Below, one piece after another: positions 25,518-36,533 of a stretch of DNA of 64,000 nt (positions are counted from its first letter, which is position 1; each line of letters opens with the position of its first letter). The position numbers and the translations under genes are program-made. The notes under the pieces were generated by a model. That model saw nothing but the letters and a program-made list of their open reading frames with translations. It did no database searches and was not told where the DNA came from. This DNA comes from Myxococcales bacterium (lineage in GTDB: Bacteria > Desulfobacterota > Binatia > HRBIN30), in the NCBI GenBank assembly GCA_037445065.1, contig JBBILD010000006.1, positions 32,001 through 96,000 of the forward strand, read 5' to 3'.

Positions 25518-26318
25518 GTGGGGCAACGAGCTGAGGGCACCACCTCTTCTCTCGAGCCGGCAGCCCATTGGGCGCGGCCGCGCTACTACGCGTTGGCATT
25601 GGCGGTCGTGCTGCACGCGGGCTTTTTGGCCTGGGCGGCCCGAGTGCCTCTACCTACCCAAGCTTCGCCGCTTCCCACGCGTGTGCAGGTGGTGTTCCTC
25701 GGTGCTGCTGCGGCGGCCGGCGGGGGCGCCTCCTTGCCGCCAGTGAACGCGGATGCGCCACTTGCCCCGGCCCCACCGAGCGAGCCGCGGATACATCCTG
25801 AACCACCCCGGCGCGCGCCGCGGGAGAAAAAGCAACGTTCCCGCACCGCATCGCGAGCGGCGCGCCCGGCGCAGTTGGCCGCAGAGCCGCCGCCGGTTGC
25901 CGGAGAGGGGCGAGAAGAAGCAGCCTCGCAGCCGGGGGCGGCGGCGGTCGAGCGTGGAAGCGGACCCTCTGCCGGGCAAGGAGCGGCTGCGGGGCCGAGC
26001 GGCGGAGGTCGTGCAGGAACGGGACTCGGCACGGGCGGGGCAGGGCTCGGGAACGCACGTGCGTACTGCGCGTTTTGCCCGCCGCCACGCTACCCGATGC
26101 TGGCCCGGCAGCGGAATTGGAGTGGCGTGGTGGTCGTGACGCTGAGCTTGGACAGCGACGGGCGGGTACACGAGGCTTCCGTGGAACGTTCCTCTGGCTA
26201 CGAGCTCCTCGATCGCGAGGCGATCGAGGCGGCCCGCGCGAGCCGCTTCCGCTTGCCGCCCGGCCTGGCGCCCCCGATCCGCGGTCGGATTCAGTATCGC
26301 TTCGAACTCACGGAGTGA
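25518..26318 (+). CDS. tonB: TonB family energy transducer
   Basis: N-terminal TM with VVLHA, Pro/Gly-rich linker, PPPRYP.LAR...GVV...SSGYELLDREA C-terminal domain. Confidence 0.8.
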   Translation: MGQRAEGTTSSLEPAAHWARPRYYALALAVVLHAGFLAWAARVPLPTQASPLPTRVQVVFLGAAAAAGGGASLPPVNADAPLAPAPPSEPRIHPEPPRRAPREKKQRSRTASRAARPAQLAAEPPPVAGEGREEAASQPGAAAVERGSGPSAGQGAAAGPSGGGRAGTGLGTGGAGLGNARAYCAFCPPPRYPMLARQRNWSGVVVVTLSLDSDGRVHEASVERSSGYELLDREAIEAARASRFRLPPGLAPPIRGRIQYRFELTE

Positions 26319-26381
26319 GGCCGAGCAGCCCGTCGCGCGCGGTCCGGTTTGTTCCCGAGTGGCGTGCGTCGGCGTACGGCC

Positions 26382-28703
26382 TTACAGCGGGCCGCCGAAA
26401 GAGAACATGACAGTTTGCCGGTCGTCTCCGACGCGCGGATTCAGCGGCACGCCGATCTCGAGGCGAAGCGGGCCAATCGGCGAGAGCCAGCGAACGCCAC
26501 CGCCTGCTGCCAGACGCAGGTCGCCGAGGTCCATCCCGCGCGAAGCGAGAAAGGCGTTGCCGGCATCGAAAAAGATCACACCCTTGAGGCCAATGGCTTG
26601 CACGATGGGAAAGATCAGGTCGTTGTTGAAAATCAGTTGCTGGCTACCGCCAATCGAGGTGCGCCCGAGGTTCCTGCCGAATTGGTCGAGCAACGGTACC
26701 CGCTGGCCGAGAGACAGGATTCGGAAGCCGCGCACGGAGTTGATCCCGCCGGGGAAGTAGCGCTCGAACAACGGCAGTTCGGTTCGCCCGCCGAAGCCTT
26801 GACCGTAGCCCAGTTGCGCGCCGAGCGAGTACACGAAGGTTCCCCAGTTCTCGCTGCGGTAGAAGGGGTAATAGAACCGCGTGCGAGCCTCGAGGCGGAA
26901 GAAACGAGTCTTCCCGCCGAGACCTGCGAACTCGAACGAGAGGTCTTGCAACGATCCAGCCGTTGGATCGAACGGGTGGTTGCGGGTGTCGCGAAACAGG
27001 CGCGGGGTCAGGCTGCTGGTGAGACTCGAGCCTTCTTCACCGGCGATTTGCGAGGGCGCGAAGGCGGACACGTCGGTAATTTCCGCGTTTTCCAAGCGGT
27101 ACTCGAGCCCGAGGCGCGTGTCCTCGAGCGAGTAGCCCCACAGTTGGTCCCAGCCCAGTGCGGGGAGGGGATAGAGCAGGCGCACCGCGGCGCCAGTACC
27201 GCCACGCGTGAACTGGTCGAAGATGAGCTGCCAGTTGAACAAGTTGACGCCCAAGGTGAGTTCGGTGTCGAGCAGGTACGGTTCGGTCAGGTCGAAGCTG
27301 AAATTGCGACGGATCGAGCCGAAGTCGGCATTGAGCACCAGGCGCTGGCCACGGCCGAGGAAGTTGACTTCGGACAAGCGCACGTTGAACAAAAACGTCT
27401 CGCCGCTGGAAATCCCTGCACCTGCGGAGAACGCACCGGTGGCCGCTTCTTTCACGTCCACTAACAAATCGAGGCGATCCGCCTCGGCGGCCTTGCGCGT
27501 GGTGATGTTCACATCTTCGAAAAAGCCCAGGCGCCGCAGCCGCTCCTGGCTCTTGCGCAGCTTGGTGCCCGAGAACTTTTCCTGCTCGTTGAGCCGCAGC
27601 TCGCGCCGGATCACCTTGTCGCGTGTCTTGGTGTTGCCGGTGATCAGGATCTTGTCGATGAACACCTCCGGCCCTTTGCTCACCCGGTAGGTCACGTCCA
27701 CGCGGCGCGTACCCGAGTCCACCACCGTGTCCGGAGTCACGTTCACAAATGCGTACCCAGCATCGCCGTAAATGTCGGTCAGGGTATTGATGTCTTCGCG
27801 TAGCTTGCTGGTGCGAAATCGCTGCCCCGGTTTGAGTTGGAGTCGCTGCCGCGACTCGCTCATGTCGGGCAGCAACTCGCCGGTGATCTCGACCTGGCCG
27901 ACATCGTAGGGGGGGCCTTCGTCAATGCGGATCGTGACGTAGAGCCCATCTTTCTTGCGTTCCACGACGGGCTCGTCGATTTTGACGTCAATGTACCCGT
28001 TGTCGTAGTAGAAGGCGATCAAACGCTCGACGTCGGTTTTCAGCACCTCGTTGTCTAGGTTGCCGGCGCCGGTGATGAAGGAGAGAAACCACTTCTCCCG
28101 GGTTTGCATTTGTTTACGCAATTGGCGGGCGGAAAAGGCGCGCGCCCCTTCAAAACGGATCTTGGCGATGCGCACCACTTTTCCTTCCTCGACCAAAAAG
28201 CGCAGCTTGACCTGATTTTCGGGCAGCGCCTCGGTTTTGTAGTCAATGCGTGCGTCGAGGTAGCCCTTTTTTTCATAGAGTTTCTTGGCTTCCTCGATTT
28301 GCCGCTGAACCTTTCCCGGGTCGAGAATCGTGTTCGGGCGGATTTTGAGCGCTGCCTCCAAATCTTCGCGGCTGACTTTTTTGCTCCCTTCGATCTCCAC
28401 GCTCTTGATGAGAGGGCGCTCGCGCACTTTGTAGGTCAGCACCCAGAGCCCATTGCGTTGCTCCCAGTACGCCTCGACTCGATCGAAAAACCCGGTGCGG
28501 TAAAGGGTGCGGATGTCCTCGTCCACGGTCGCTTCTTCGAACAGCGCCCCGGCGCGGGCCCGCAGTTGGACGCGGATCGCCTGCTCTTCGACCCGCTGGT
28601 TGCCAGTGATCTCGACGAGGTCAATGCGCGGCGGTTGGGCTAAGCTCGGCGCGGTGAGGACCAGCAGGAGCGCAAGCCCCGACACCACCCGTCGCAATCG
28701 CAT
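26382..28703 (-). CDS. bamA: Outer membrane protein assembly factor
   Basis: Signal peptide, POTRA repeats (GNQRV, GNTKTRDKVIRRE), NFLGRGQ, VRGF, WLSPIGPLR. Confidence 0.96.
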   Translation of the reverse strand: MRLRRVVSGLALLLVLTAPSLAQPPRIDLVEITGNQRVEEQAIRVQLRARAGALFEEATVDEDIRTLYRTGFFDRVEAYWEQRNGLWVLTYKVRERPLIKSVEIEGSKKVSREDLEAALKIRPNTILDPGKVQRQIEEAKKLYEKKGYLDARIDYKTEALPENQVKLRFLVEEGKVVRIAKIRFEGARAFSARQLRKQMQTREKWFLSFITGAGNLDNEVLKTDVERLIAFYYDNGYIDVKIDEPVVERKKDGLYVTIRIDEGPPYDVGQVEITGELLPDMSESRQRLQLKPGQRFRTSKLREDINTLTDIYGDAGYAFVNVTPDTVVDSGTRRVDVTYRVSKGPEVFIDKILITGNTKTRDKVIRRELRLNEQEKFSGTKLRKSQERLRRLGFFEDVNITTRKAAEADRLDLLVDVKEAATGAFSAGAGISSGETFLFNVRLSEVNFLGRGQRLVLNADFGSIRRNFSFDLTEPYLLDTELTLGVNLFNWQLIFDQFTRGGTGAAVRLLYPLPALGWDQLWGYSLEDTRLGLEYRLENAEITDVSAFAPSQIAGEEGSSLTSSLTPRLFRDTRNHPFDPTAGSLQDLSFEFAGLGGKTRFFRLEARTRFYYPFYRSENWGTFVYSLGAQLGYGQGFGGRTELPLFERYFPGGINSVRGFRILSLGQRVPLLDQFGRNLGRTSIGGSQQLIFNNDLIFPIVQAIGLKGVIFFDAGNAFLASRGMDLGDLRLAAGGGVRWLSPIGPLRLEIGVPLNPRVGDDRQTVMFSFGGPL

Positions 28704-28768
28704 CTCCTCCCTCGCTCCGCGTCGGCGGCCACGCATAGCCGAGGGCACCCTCTGAGTAAACCGCGCCG

Positions 28769-29440
28769 TCACGCCAACCGGCCATGAATCAAATGCAAAG
28801 AGCGGTGCGCCAAGCGAGCCAGTTCTTCGTTGTGGGTGACGAGCACGAAGGTCACGCCGTGCTCGCGGTTGAGTTCGAGCAACAGTTCGTGCACGCCGGC
28901 AGCGGTGTCCGGATCGAGGTTGCCCGTGGGCTCGTCGGCGAGCACCGCACGCGGCGACATCACCACTGCCCGCGCGATTGCCACCCGCTGCAACTCCCCC
29001 CCGGAGAGCTGCCCGGGGCGGTGGTCGAGGCGGTCGCCGAGCCCGACTCGCTCCAGCAGTGCGCGGGCGCGCGCGTAGGCCTCTTGCCAGCGCATGCCGT
29101 TGATGAGCGCTGGCATCATCACGTTTTCCACCGCGCTAAAGTCCGGCAGCAGGTGATGGAACTGAAAGACAAAGCCGATTTCGCGGTTGCGAAACGCCGC
29201 TTGCGCGCGCTCGTCGAGCGCAAACACGTCCTGCCCGGCAAAGTACACGTGTCCCGAAGTCGGGCGGTCGAGCGTGCCAAGGATGTGTAACAGCGTGCTC
29301 TTGCCGACCCCCGATTGGCCGACGATCGCGACCACCTCTCCTCCGCGTACCTCGAGTTCGAGTTGGTGGAGCACCACGATCGGCCGCCCGTCGCCGTACA
29401 CCTTGCACAGCCCGTGTGCACGAATCAGCGGTTCACTCAC
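28769..29440 (-). CDS. lolD: Lipoprotein-releasing ABC transporter ATP-binding protein
   Basis: [36 protein letters not shown]. Confidence 0.93.
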   Translation of the reverse strand: MSEPLIRAHGLCKVYGDGRPIVVLHQLELEVRGGEVVAIVGQSGVGKSTLLHILGTLDRPTSGHVYFAGQDVFALDERAQAAFRNREIGFVFQFHHLLPDFSAVENVMMPALINGMRWQEAYARARALLERVGLGDRLDHRPGQLSGGELQRVAIARAVVMSPRAVLADEPTGNLDPDTAAGVHELLLELNREHGVTFVLVTHNEELARLAHRSLHLIHGRLA

Positions 29441-30716
29441 TGCGCAACACCTCCACCGGGGCGAGCCGGGCAGCGCGCCGTGCAGGGTAGATGGTGGCCA
29501 GGAAACAGATCAGCAAAGAGGCGAGGGCGACCACGAAAAAGTGCGCGACGTGGAAGCGCATCGGAAGCGTGTCCACGTAAAAGACGTTCTTGGGCAGCGG
29601 GATGATCGGGTAGCGCTCGACGAGAGCGGAAAAGGCAAAGGCAAGTGCGCTGCCCGTGAGCGTGCCGAGCACGCCGATCACCATGCCTTTGTAATGAAAA
29701 ATCCGGGCAATGGCCTCGGTGGTAGCACCCAGCGACTTGAGCACGGCGATATCGCGCCGTTTCTCCAGGACCACCAGAATCAGCATGGCGACGATGTTGA
29801 AGGCCGAAACCAACACGATCAGCAGCAGCACGAGAAAGTACACCGTCTTCTCCATTTGCAGTGCCGAGAACAAGGTGTGGTTGAGGTCCATCCAGTCTTC
29901 CACGACAAAGCCGCCTCCGAGCACGGCGCGCACTCGATCGCGCACCGCCCGCGCCGCTTCCAGAGATGCGGCGCGCACCTCGATCGAGGTGGCCTGGCCG
30001 GGTAGGTCGAGAAAGCGCTGTGCATCGGCCAGATTCGTGTACGCAAGCGCTGCGTCGTACTCAGCCATTGCCGATTCGAACCAGCCCACCACCACGTGGC
30101 GGCGAACGCGCGGCACCAGGCCAACGGCGGAGGGAGTGGCGAGAGGGGAGATCACGCTCACCGGGTCGCCCACCAGCAAGCCGAGCTGGCGCGCAATTTC
30201 ATGGCCCACGACGATGGCCGGCAGCTCCGCAGTGGCTCCGCCGCTGGTCACCGGATGGCGGCGGAAGAGGTCCGCGAGTTCGCCGCCCTTGAGGTGGCGG
30301 TCGAGCCGCAAAACCGCCGCCCCGGCTGCGTCAATGCCGCGCAGCTCGACTCCCGTCACGCCTCCTGGGCCGGAAAGCATCACTTGTCCACGCGCCACCG
30401 CCGCGGCTGCTGCCACGCCCGGAACTGCCCGCACCTTCGCCAAGATGGCTTCTGGATCAGCAATCGGACCGTCCTCCGCCCGTACCACCACATGCGCTTG
30501 GAACTGCAAGATGCGCTGTTTGAGGTCCTCCTCGAACCCCGTCATGACCGCCAGCACGATGTTTAGCGTTGCCACTCCCAGCACCACGCCCGCCGCGGCA
30601 ATGATGGTGATGAGGGAGATAAACCGTTCTCGCCGCCGCGCCCGCAAGTAGCGTAAGCCGATGAACAGCTCGACCGGAAGGCGGTCGTGTAGGCTGGCAA
30701 GGGAGAAGTTGTTCAT
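29433..30716 (-). CDS. Lipoprotein-releasing ABC transporter permease (LolC/E family)
   Basis: [61 protein letters not shown]. Confidence 0.92.
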   Translation of the reverse strand: MNNFSLASLHDRLPVELFIGLRYLRARRRERFISLITIIAAAGVVLGVATLNIVLAVMTGFEEDLKQRILQFQAHVVVRAEDGPIADPEAILAKVRAVPGVAAAAAVARGQVMLSGPGGVTGVELRGIDAAGAAVLRLDRHLKGGELADLFRRHPVTSGGATAELPAIVVGHEIARQLGLLVGDPVSVISPLATPSAVGLVPRVRRHVVVGWFESAMAEYDAALAYTNLADAQRFLDLPGQATSIEVRAASLEAARAVRDRVRAVLGGGFVVEDWMDLNHTLFSALQMEKTVYFLVLLLIVLVSAFNIVAMLILVVLEKRRDIAVLKSLGATTEAIARIFHYKGMVIGVLGTLTGSALAFAFSALVERYPIIPLPKNVFYVDTLPMRFHVAHFFVVALASLLICFLATIYPARRAARLAPVEVLRSE

Positions 30717-31945
30717 TCGTATCGGATCACTTCCACCGGGTCGAGCTGCGCGGCTTGCCGGGCGGGATAGAGCGTGGCCAGATAGCAGAGGACCAAGGTG
30801 ACCGCGCCGACGAGAAGGAAATACTCGGGGTACAAGCGCACGGCGAGGCGATCGATGCTGTAGACGTCCGCCGGGAGTTCCACGAACCGGTAGCGCGCCA
30901 GCAGCCATGCCACGCCCCACCCGCACAAGCTGCCGAACAGTACGCCAGCCAGGCCGAGTAGCATGCCGTTGGCAATGAAGATCCGGCGCACCGAACTCCG
31001 CGTGGCTCCCATGGACATGAGAATGGCGATGTCCTTTCGCCGCTCCATGACCACCATGATCAGCGTCGACACCACGTTGAAGGCGGCCACCAGGATGATG
31101 AGCAGAAGGACCAAAAAGTAAACCGCTTTCCCTAAGGCAAGAGCGGAAAACAAGTTGCGGTTGAGGTCGATCCAGTTGCGCACGCGGTAGGGGAAGCCGA
31201 GCTTGTCCGCCAATTGCGCTCCCACTTGCGGGGCGCGGTAAACGTCGTCCAGGCGCACTTCGACGCCTGTGGTCTTCCCTTCGAGCCCAAAGAATTTCTG
31301 TGCCAGGCGGAGGTCAATGAATGCCAGCGAAGCGTCGTACTCACCCAGCCCAGAGTCCACAATGCCGCGCACGACAAACGGTTCGATGCGCGGTACAAAG
31401 CCCACCGCTGTGGTTTGCGCGGCAGGCGAAACCATTTGCACCACGTCGCCGAGCGCGAGCTTGAGTTTTTGCGCGACCCCCTTGCCCACCACGATTCCGG
31501 GCAAGGACGAGCCACCGGAGGTCGCGGCCCCGAGGCCCTCGATGCGACCTTCGCGAAGGTAGCGCGACAGCGGCACGATTTGTTCGGACTCCTCCGTAAT
31601 CCCACGTACGAGCACCCCGGTGACTGCGTTGCCGTTACTGAGCATGGCCTGAGCGAGAACAAAAGGCGCCGCGGCGCGTACCTCCGGCTCGGCGCGCACG
31701 CGCTCGAGTAGGCGCTGTGGCTCGGAAACGGTTCCGGTGAAGCTCACCACTACCAGATGCGGATGGAAGCCGAGGATGCGGTTGCGTAGCTCTTCTTCGA
31801 AGCCGGTGTACACGGCGAGCACGACATTCAGCGTGGCCACGCCGACCACCAGGCCGAGCGCGGCAATGGTCATGCCCCAGGAGGCAAAGCCCGCACCGCG
31901 GCGGGCCCGCAGGTAGCGCAGCCCGACGGTCAGCTCGTAGCGCAT
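30713..31945 (-). CDS. Lipoprotein-releasing ABC transporter permease (LolC/E family)
   Basis: [54 protein letters not shown]. Confidence 0.92.
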   Translation of the reverse strand: MRYELTVGLRYLRARRGAGFASWGMTIAALGLVVGVATLNVVLAVYTGFEEELRNRILGFHPHLVVVSFTGTVSEPQRLLERVRAEPEVRAAAPFVLAQAMLSNGNAVTGVLVRGITEESEQIVPLSRYLREGRIEGLGAATSGGSSLPGIVVGKGVAQKLKLALGDVVQMVSPAAQTTAVGFVPRIEPFVVRGIVDSGLGEYDASLAFIDLRLAQKFFGLEGKTTGVEVRLDDVYRAPQVGAQLADKLGFPYRVRNWIDLNRNLFSALALGKAVYFLVLLLIILVAAFNVVSTLIMVVMERRKDIAILMSMGATRSSVRRIFIANGMLLGLAGVLFGSLCGWGVAWLLARYRFVELPADVYSIDRLAVRLYPEYFLLVGAVTLVLCYLATLYPARQAAQLDPVEVIRYE

Positions 31946-32000
31946 CGTGGAGGTGCAGCCGCGCGCCAGGCCACCGAGGGGGGCAGAGCCAGGGGCCCCA

Positions 32001-33518
32001 TCATAACTCGCGCTCCGGTCGCAAGAGGGGAAAGAGGATCACGTCGCGGATGGAGGGAGAGTTGGTGAACAGCATCGCTAAGCGGTCGATGCCGATCCCT
32101 TCCCCGGCAGCGGGTGGCATGCCGTGCTCGAGCGCGCGCAAGAAGTCCTCGTCCATCGGATGGGCCTCCTCGTCGCCAGCGGCGCGCGCGCGCAGTTGCT
32201 CCTCGAAGCGCCGGCGCTGGTCCTCTGGGTCGTTGAGTTCGGAGAAGGCGTTGCAGATTTCCCGTTGCGCGCAAAACAGCTCGAAGCGGTCCACGAAGTT
32301 CGGGTGGGTCGGGTTGCGGCGCGCCAAGGGCGACACCACTGCGGGGTAGTGGTACACGAAGGCCGGTTGAACCAATTCGGGAAGTGCTGCCGCTTCGAAC
32401 ACGTCCACGAGCAAATGGCCGGCGGCGGCTGGTCCGAAGTGACCCTCATAATCCTTCTCGATCGGTACTTGGAGCCGCTGGGCAACGAGACGAATCGTTT
32501 CCAAATCCAGAGCGAACAGCGCCTCGCGCTCCACTTGCGCGCGCTCGGCTAGGTAGTCGGGAATGGAGATGCGGCGAAACGGAGGCGTAAAGTCCAGCAC
32601 CCAGTCTCCGTACGGGATACGGCGGCTGCCCAGGAGTTCGTCTGCCAGGGTGACGAACAGTTCTTCGGTGAGCACCATGAGGTCCTCGTACGTGGCGTAC
32701 GCCCAGTAGAACTCGAGCATGGTGAACTCGGGATTGTGGCGGACGGAGATTCCCTCGTTGCGGAAGTTGCGGTTGATCTCGAACACGCGCTCGAAACCGC
32801 CGACCAGCAAGCGCTTGAGGTAGAGTTCGGGGGCGATGCGCAGGTAGAGGTCCATGTCCAGCGCGTTGTGGTGGGTGATGAACGGGCGCGCCGCTGCTCC
32901 CCCGGGAATCGGATGCATCATCGGGGTTTCCACTTCCACGAAGTCGCGGGCGGTGAAAAAGGCGCGGATGCGCTCGATCAGGCGCGAGCGGAGCAAAAAC
33001 ACCTGGCGCGAAGCGGGGTTGGCGATGAGGTCCAAGTACCGCTGACGGTAGCGCGCTTCGACGTCGGTCAGCCCGTGCCACTTCTCAGGCAGCGGGCGCA
33101 GCGCTTTGACCAGCAAGCGCAGCTCGTGTGCCTCGATGGTGAGTTCGTTGGTGCGGGTACGAAAGGGGCGCCCGACCACGCCGACAAAGTCGCCCAGGTC
33201 GGTGAGTTTGAAGACCTCGAATGCGTCTTCACCGATCAAGTCGCGCCGCACGTACACTTGGATTTGTCCACCGCGGTCCAGCAGGTGGAAGAACGAAGCC
33301 TTGCCGAAATCGCGGCGCGTCAGGATGCGGCCCGCCAGCGCTATCGTGTCGCGGCACTGCGCCAAGGCTTCCGCATCCATCGGCCCGTACCATTCCAGCA
33401 CCCGGGCACTCGTGTGCGTCGGTCGGAAGTCGTTGGGATACGGGTCGATCCCGCGTGCACGCAAGCGCTCGAGTTTTTGGCGCCGCGCTCGCTCTAAATC
33501 GGAAAGTTGCTCGGGCAC
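32001..33518 (-). CDS. lysS: Lysine--tRNA ligase (class II)
   Basis: LPEKWHGL, RYRQRYLDL, GGAAARPF, YLRIAPELYLKRL, FRNEG, GIGIDRL. Confidence 0.98.
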   Translation of the reverse strand: MPEQLSDLERARRQKLERLRARGIDPYPNDFRPTHTSARVLEWYGPMDAEALAQCRDTIALAGRILTRRDFGKASFFHLLDRGGQIQVYVRRDLIGEDAFEVFKLTDLGDFVGVVGRPFRTRTNELTIEAHELRLLVKALRPLPEKWHGLTDVEARYRQRYLDLIANPASRQVFLLRSRLIERIRAFFTARDFVEVETPMMHPIPGGAAARPFITHHNALDMDLYLRIAPELYLKRLLVGGFERVFEINRNFRNEGISVRHNPEFTMLEFYWAYATYEDLMVLTEELFVTLADELLGSRRIPYGDWVLDFTPPFRRISIPDYLAERAQVEREALFALDLETIRLVAQRLQVPIEKDYEGHFGPAAAGHLLVDVFEAAALPELVQPAFVYHYPAVVSPLARRNPTHPNFVDRFELFCAQREICNAFSELNDPEDQRRRFEEQLRARAAGDEEAHPMDEDFLRALEHGMPPAAGEGIGIDRLAMLFTNSPSIRDVILFPLLRPEREL

Positions 33519-33548
33519 GGTGGCTTTGCCTCGACAAACAGTGCCCGT

Positions 33549-33577
33549 CGCTTAACCAGGCAGCTTTTCCCCGTCAA
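33549..33577 (-). promoter_or_regulatory. Sigma70-type promoter for lysS
   Basis: TTGACG-N17-TAAGCG on the minus strand. Confidence 0.45.
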
Positions 33578-33656
33578 GCAAAACGCTCGGCCGGCTCGTG
33601 TAAGGGGCGCGGCTCTCTTGTCGCTCTAGGAGGAGCACGCTATGCAGCGGCGGCGC

Positions 33657-33740
33657 GCGAAAGTGGCGGAACTGGCAGACGCGCAGGACTCAGGATCCTG
33701 TGGGGTAACACCCGTGGGGGTTCGACTCCCCCCTTTCGCA
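33657..33740 (+). tRNA. tRNA-Leu (CAG); CCA not encoded
   Basis: Acceptor GCGAAAG/CTTTCGC, D-arm TGGCGGAACTGGCAGACGC, anticodon arm CAGGA-CTCAGGA-TCCTG, long variable arm, GGGGG-TTCGACT-CCCCC. Confidence 0.97.
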
Positions 33741-34042
33741 CTCGCCCATGCTTCCCGGTGAAGGCCCCGCTGGCGGCTCGGTCGCTTCCACGGCGGGGAC
33801 TCACGTGTCGCTGGCTCTGCCGCGACGTTCCCCGTGGGCGGGGGGGAGGTAGGTGCGGCACTTAGGTAACGGACGCTTCGCGTGCGTAGCGCGAAGCCGA
33901 AGGCCGCGCACGCATCGCCAACGCGAGTAGTAACGGAGGCTTTTCGCGGCCACCACCGCGGCCTTTGGGCGGCGCGAAAACCTGCGGCCGGCAGTAGCCA
34001 CCGGACTAGCGTTGTGGTTTTTCAGGGCAGAGCGAGGACACG

Positions 34043-34762
34043 ATGGTACGTGTGGGTTGCTGCGGCTGGGCCGCAGCACAAAGGCGCTACTTCGCAGCGC
34101 TGGATGCACTGGAAGTGCAGCAGACCTTCTATCAGCCTCCGGCACTTTCCACCCTGCGCCGCTGGCGGCAAGCAGCGCCGCCGCAATTCGAGTTTACCGT
34201 TAAGTGCTTTCAAGTGGTGACGCACGAGCGGAAAAGCCCCACCTACCGCCGCTTGCGCCGCTCGCTGCCGGAGGATGCGCAAGTCGGGCATTTGCGCGAC
34301 ACACCCTGGGTGCGGGCGGCCTGGCAAGAAACGGCGCTCTGCGCCCAGGCTCTGCGCGCGCGGGTGATTTTGGTGCAGATGCCACCGTCCTTCACGCCCA
34401 CACCCGCGCACCTCGAGCAGGTGGAGGAGTTCGCCCGTTGGAGCCGCACTCCTGGTGTGCAGATCGCTTTCGAGCCGCGCGGGGAAGGCTGGGCGCAGGT
34501 GGATCTTTCCGTGCTGTGCTCGCGGCTCGGTTGGTGGTGCGTGTACGACCCGCTCGCTAGCGCTCCCCCGCGCGCTGCCGGACAGGAAATCGCATACTTC
34601 CGCCTCCACGGCCTCACGGGGTACCGCTACCGATACACGCATGCCGACTTGGACCGCTTGCGTTCGATCGTCGCCGGATTCCGCGAGGCTTGGGTATTCT
34701 TCAACAACGTTTCGATGTGGGACGACGCCCGCCGCTTCCGCGCCTGCCTACAGAAGGCTTAG
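34043..34762 (+). CDS. DUF72 family protein
   Basis: VGCCGW, EVQQTFY.PP, FEFTVK, LVQMPPSF, AFEPR, YFRLHG, YRY, WVFFNN. Confidence 0.9.
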   Translation: MVRVGCCGWAAAQRRYFAALDALEVQQTFYQPPALSTLRRWRQAAPPQFEFTVKCFQVVTHERKSPTYRRLRRSLPEDAQVGHLRDTPWVRAAWQETALCAQALRARVILVQMPPSFTPTPAHLEQVEEFARWSRTPGVQIAFEPRGEGWAQVDLSVLCSRLGWWCVYDPLASAPPRAAGQEIAYFRLHGLTGYRYRYTHADLDRLRSIVAGFREAWVFFNNVSMWDDARRFRACLQKA

Positions 34763-34823
34763 TTCCCGCAAGGACGCTTGCCCGCGACTACCGCCAGTGG
34801 CCGCCAGCCCCCGTGGTGCAGGG

Positions 34824-35003
34824 CGAGTGGAGAGCGGTCCACAGCGAATAACGAATGGCCAAAGGTCCGTCCGAACCGCACCTGCCACCAGCGGCCCGGT
34901 GCCACCTGCGAGAACCTGCAGGGGCGACCCTCGTAGCCGCCCGTGGTGCGAATTGGGCGCATCCCTCCGATGGGAACACGGGCAGGCGCAACGCTGCCGC
35001 TAC
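34824..35003 (+). repeat. Composite repeat copy B: heptamer array plus REP doublet
   Basis: CGAGTGG AGAGCGG TCCACAG CGAATAA CGAATGG CCAAAGG; GCAGGGGCGACCCTCGTAGCCGCCC (34918-34942); inverted GTAGCGGCAGCGTTGCGCCTGCCC (34980-35003). Confidence 0.68.
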
Positions 35004-35095
35004 AACGTCTCTTCGGCGCCGTGTTACTACGCCGGACCGGCAGCTTGTTCTCAGACTGAGCGGCAGCGGCCGGTGATCCCGCTGCCCGGGGGCGG

Positions 35096-35764
35096 TCAGA
35101 AGATCAACAACCGACGTCGCGGGAAGTAGGCGACGGTGCGGCCGGCGAGGATCTCGTTGCCGATCACGCCCTGCGCCGAAGCCATCGCCAGTGTGCCGGC
35201 GAGAGGTTCAGGCAAGCGGCCGCAGCGCAGCGTGAAGGAGGAGCGGCCTAGGGACAGCGGTACTAGATACGTGTCGGTCTCGAAGCGGCCCAGCGTGGGG
35301 TAGAAGTCCACAGCCCGACCGGCCGGAGGGAACAGGAAGAGAGACTCGTGTTGGAAGTAGGAAATTTGCGCGCCGGTGTCGAACACCATCCGAAAAGGCC
35401 GGCTTGTCACGCGCGCAGTCACGAGCGGGATACCGAGGAATTTCTCGACTGCCACGCTGTCGCCCTCGTACGCGAGCGCTGTGCTCGAAAGAACGAGCCT
35501 GCCGCGAGGCAGGTCGAAGATACAATCGAAACAGTGCAGTACGTCAACGCCGAGCAAGCCGGCGCAGGGCACGCCGACCAGTTCGGAAATCTCTGCGGCG
35601 GTGATTCCGAAGGAACTCGTCTCCAGCGCGAACGGGTGACCAGCCAAAGTGATCGCGGGCGTGATGCCCAGGCTCGTCGGCGAGCCCGTGTCGAGAAGCC
35701 AGAGCTCCCCATCGAGCTGCACAAACAGGTGGCCTTGCTGCAGACAGAGCGCGAACTCTTCCAT
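35096..35764 (-). CDS. Aspartyl protease-like protein with two DTG motifs
   Basis: WLLDTGSPTS...GLLGVD and MVFDTGAQIS...GVIGNE. Confidence 0.75.
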   Translation of the reverse strand: MEEFALCLQQGHLFVQLDGELWLLDTGSPTSLGITPAITLAGHPFALETSSFGITAAEISELVGVPCAGLLGVDVLHCFDCIFDLPRGRLVLSSTALAYEGDSVAVEKFLGIPLVTARVTSRPFRMVFDTGAQISYFQHESLFLFPPAGRAVDFYPTLGRFETDTYLVPLSLGRSSFTLRCGRLPEPLAGTLAMASAQGVIGNEILAGRTVAYFPRRRLLIF

Positions 35765-36533
35765 GACCGATCCCCCAGACCTCGCCTCGACCGTACCGTG
35801 GGCTGGTGCTGGGTTCGTACAGCCAGCGTGAGGCCCCCGCAAGGCAAGCGCCAGGTTTCGGAAGGACAAAGCTGAGGGGCCCGGCGCGTCCGCAACAGCG
35901 CTACGCGCGCTTTCAGCGGCGCGCCCTGGTTCCGAGGCGGCACAGTGTCCTTGTGAGGGGTTGTCGCGGCCTGCGGCAGTTGCCGGGTCGTTCGCCTGCG
36001 GCACAGCCGCCGCTCCAACCGCGCAGAGGCGGCGGCGTGCGCATGCGTGCTCCCGATGTGGGCAGCCTTCGCCCTGCGATTGGCGGGAGCGGAGTTTCTG
36101 CGTGCGAGGGTTTCTGTCACTGGGGGGCATGGCGCTTTCTAAGCGTGCGGTCTCGGCGGCAGAGTCGGGTTTCCGAGCGGACAGAGTTGGGCTGGAGGTG
36201 CGAGCGCCCAGGCGGCCGCGTTTGGATTTGCCCGCGAGGTGTTATGCTCGCCGGGTGATGCGCAACCCTGCCAGCGCGGTGCGCCCCGCCTCTTCGTGCC
36301 ACGGTTTTTGGCACGTTTGTGTTCCGCAGCCGGGGCCAAGCCGGGAAGAGGCGGAAGAGGAAGTCGGTGGTTGCTTCGTCCTGGCGGGCCAAGTCCAAGA
36401 TCAGACACCCGATGCTGGGTGGGTGGCTGGAGTTGGTGCCGGTGAGAAGCCGGGCAGGCGCGCCTTCGCCGATCGTCATCCGGGCCCAGCACGGAAAGTC
36501 AGCGCGGATTCGCGCGGCTGTTTCCCGGGCACG

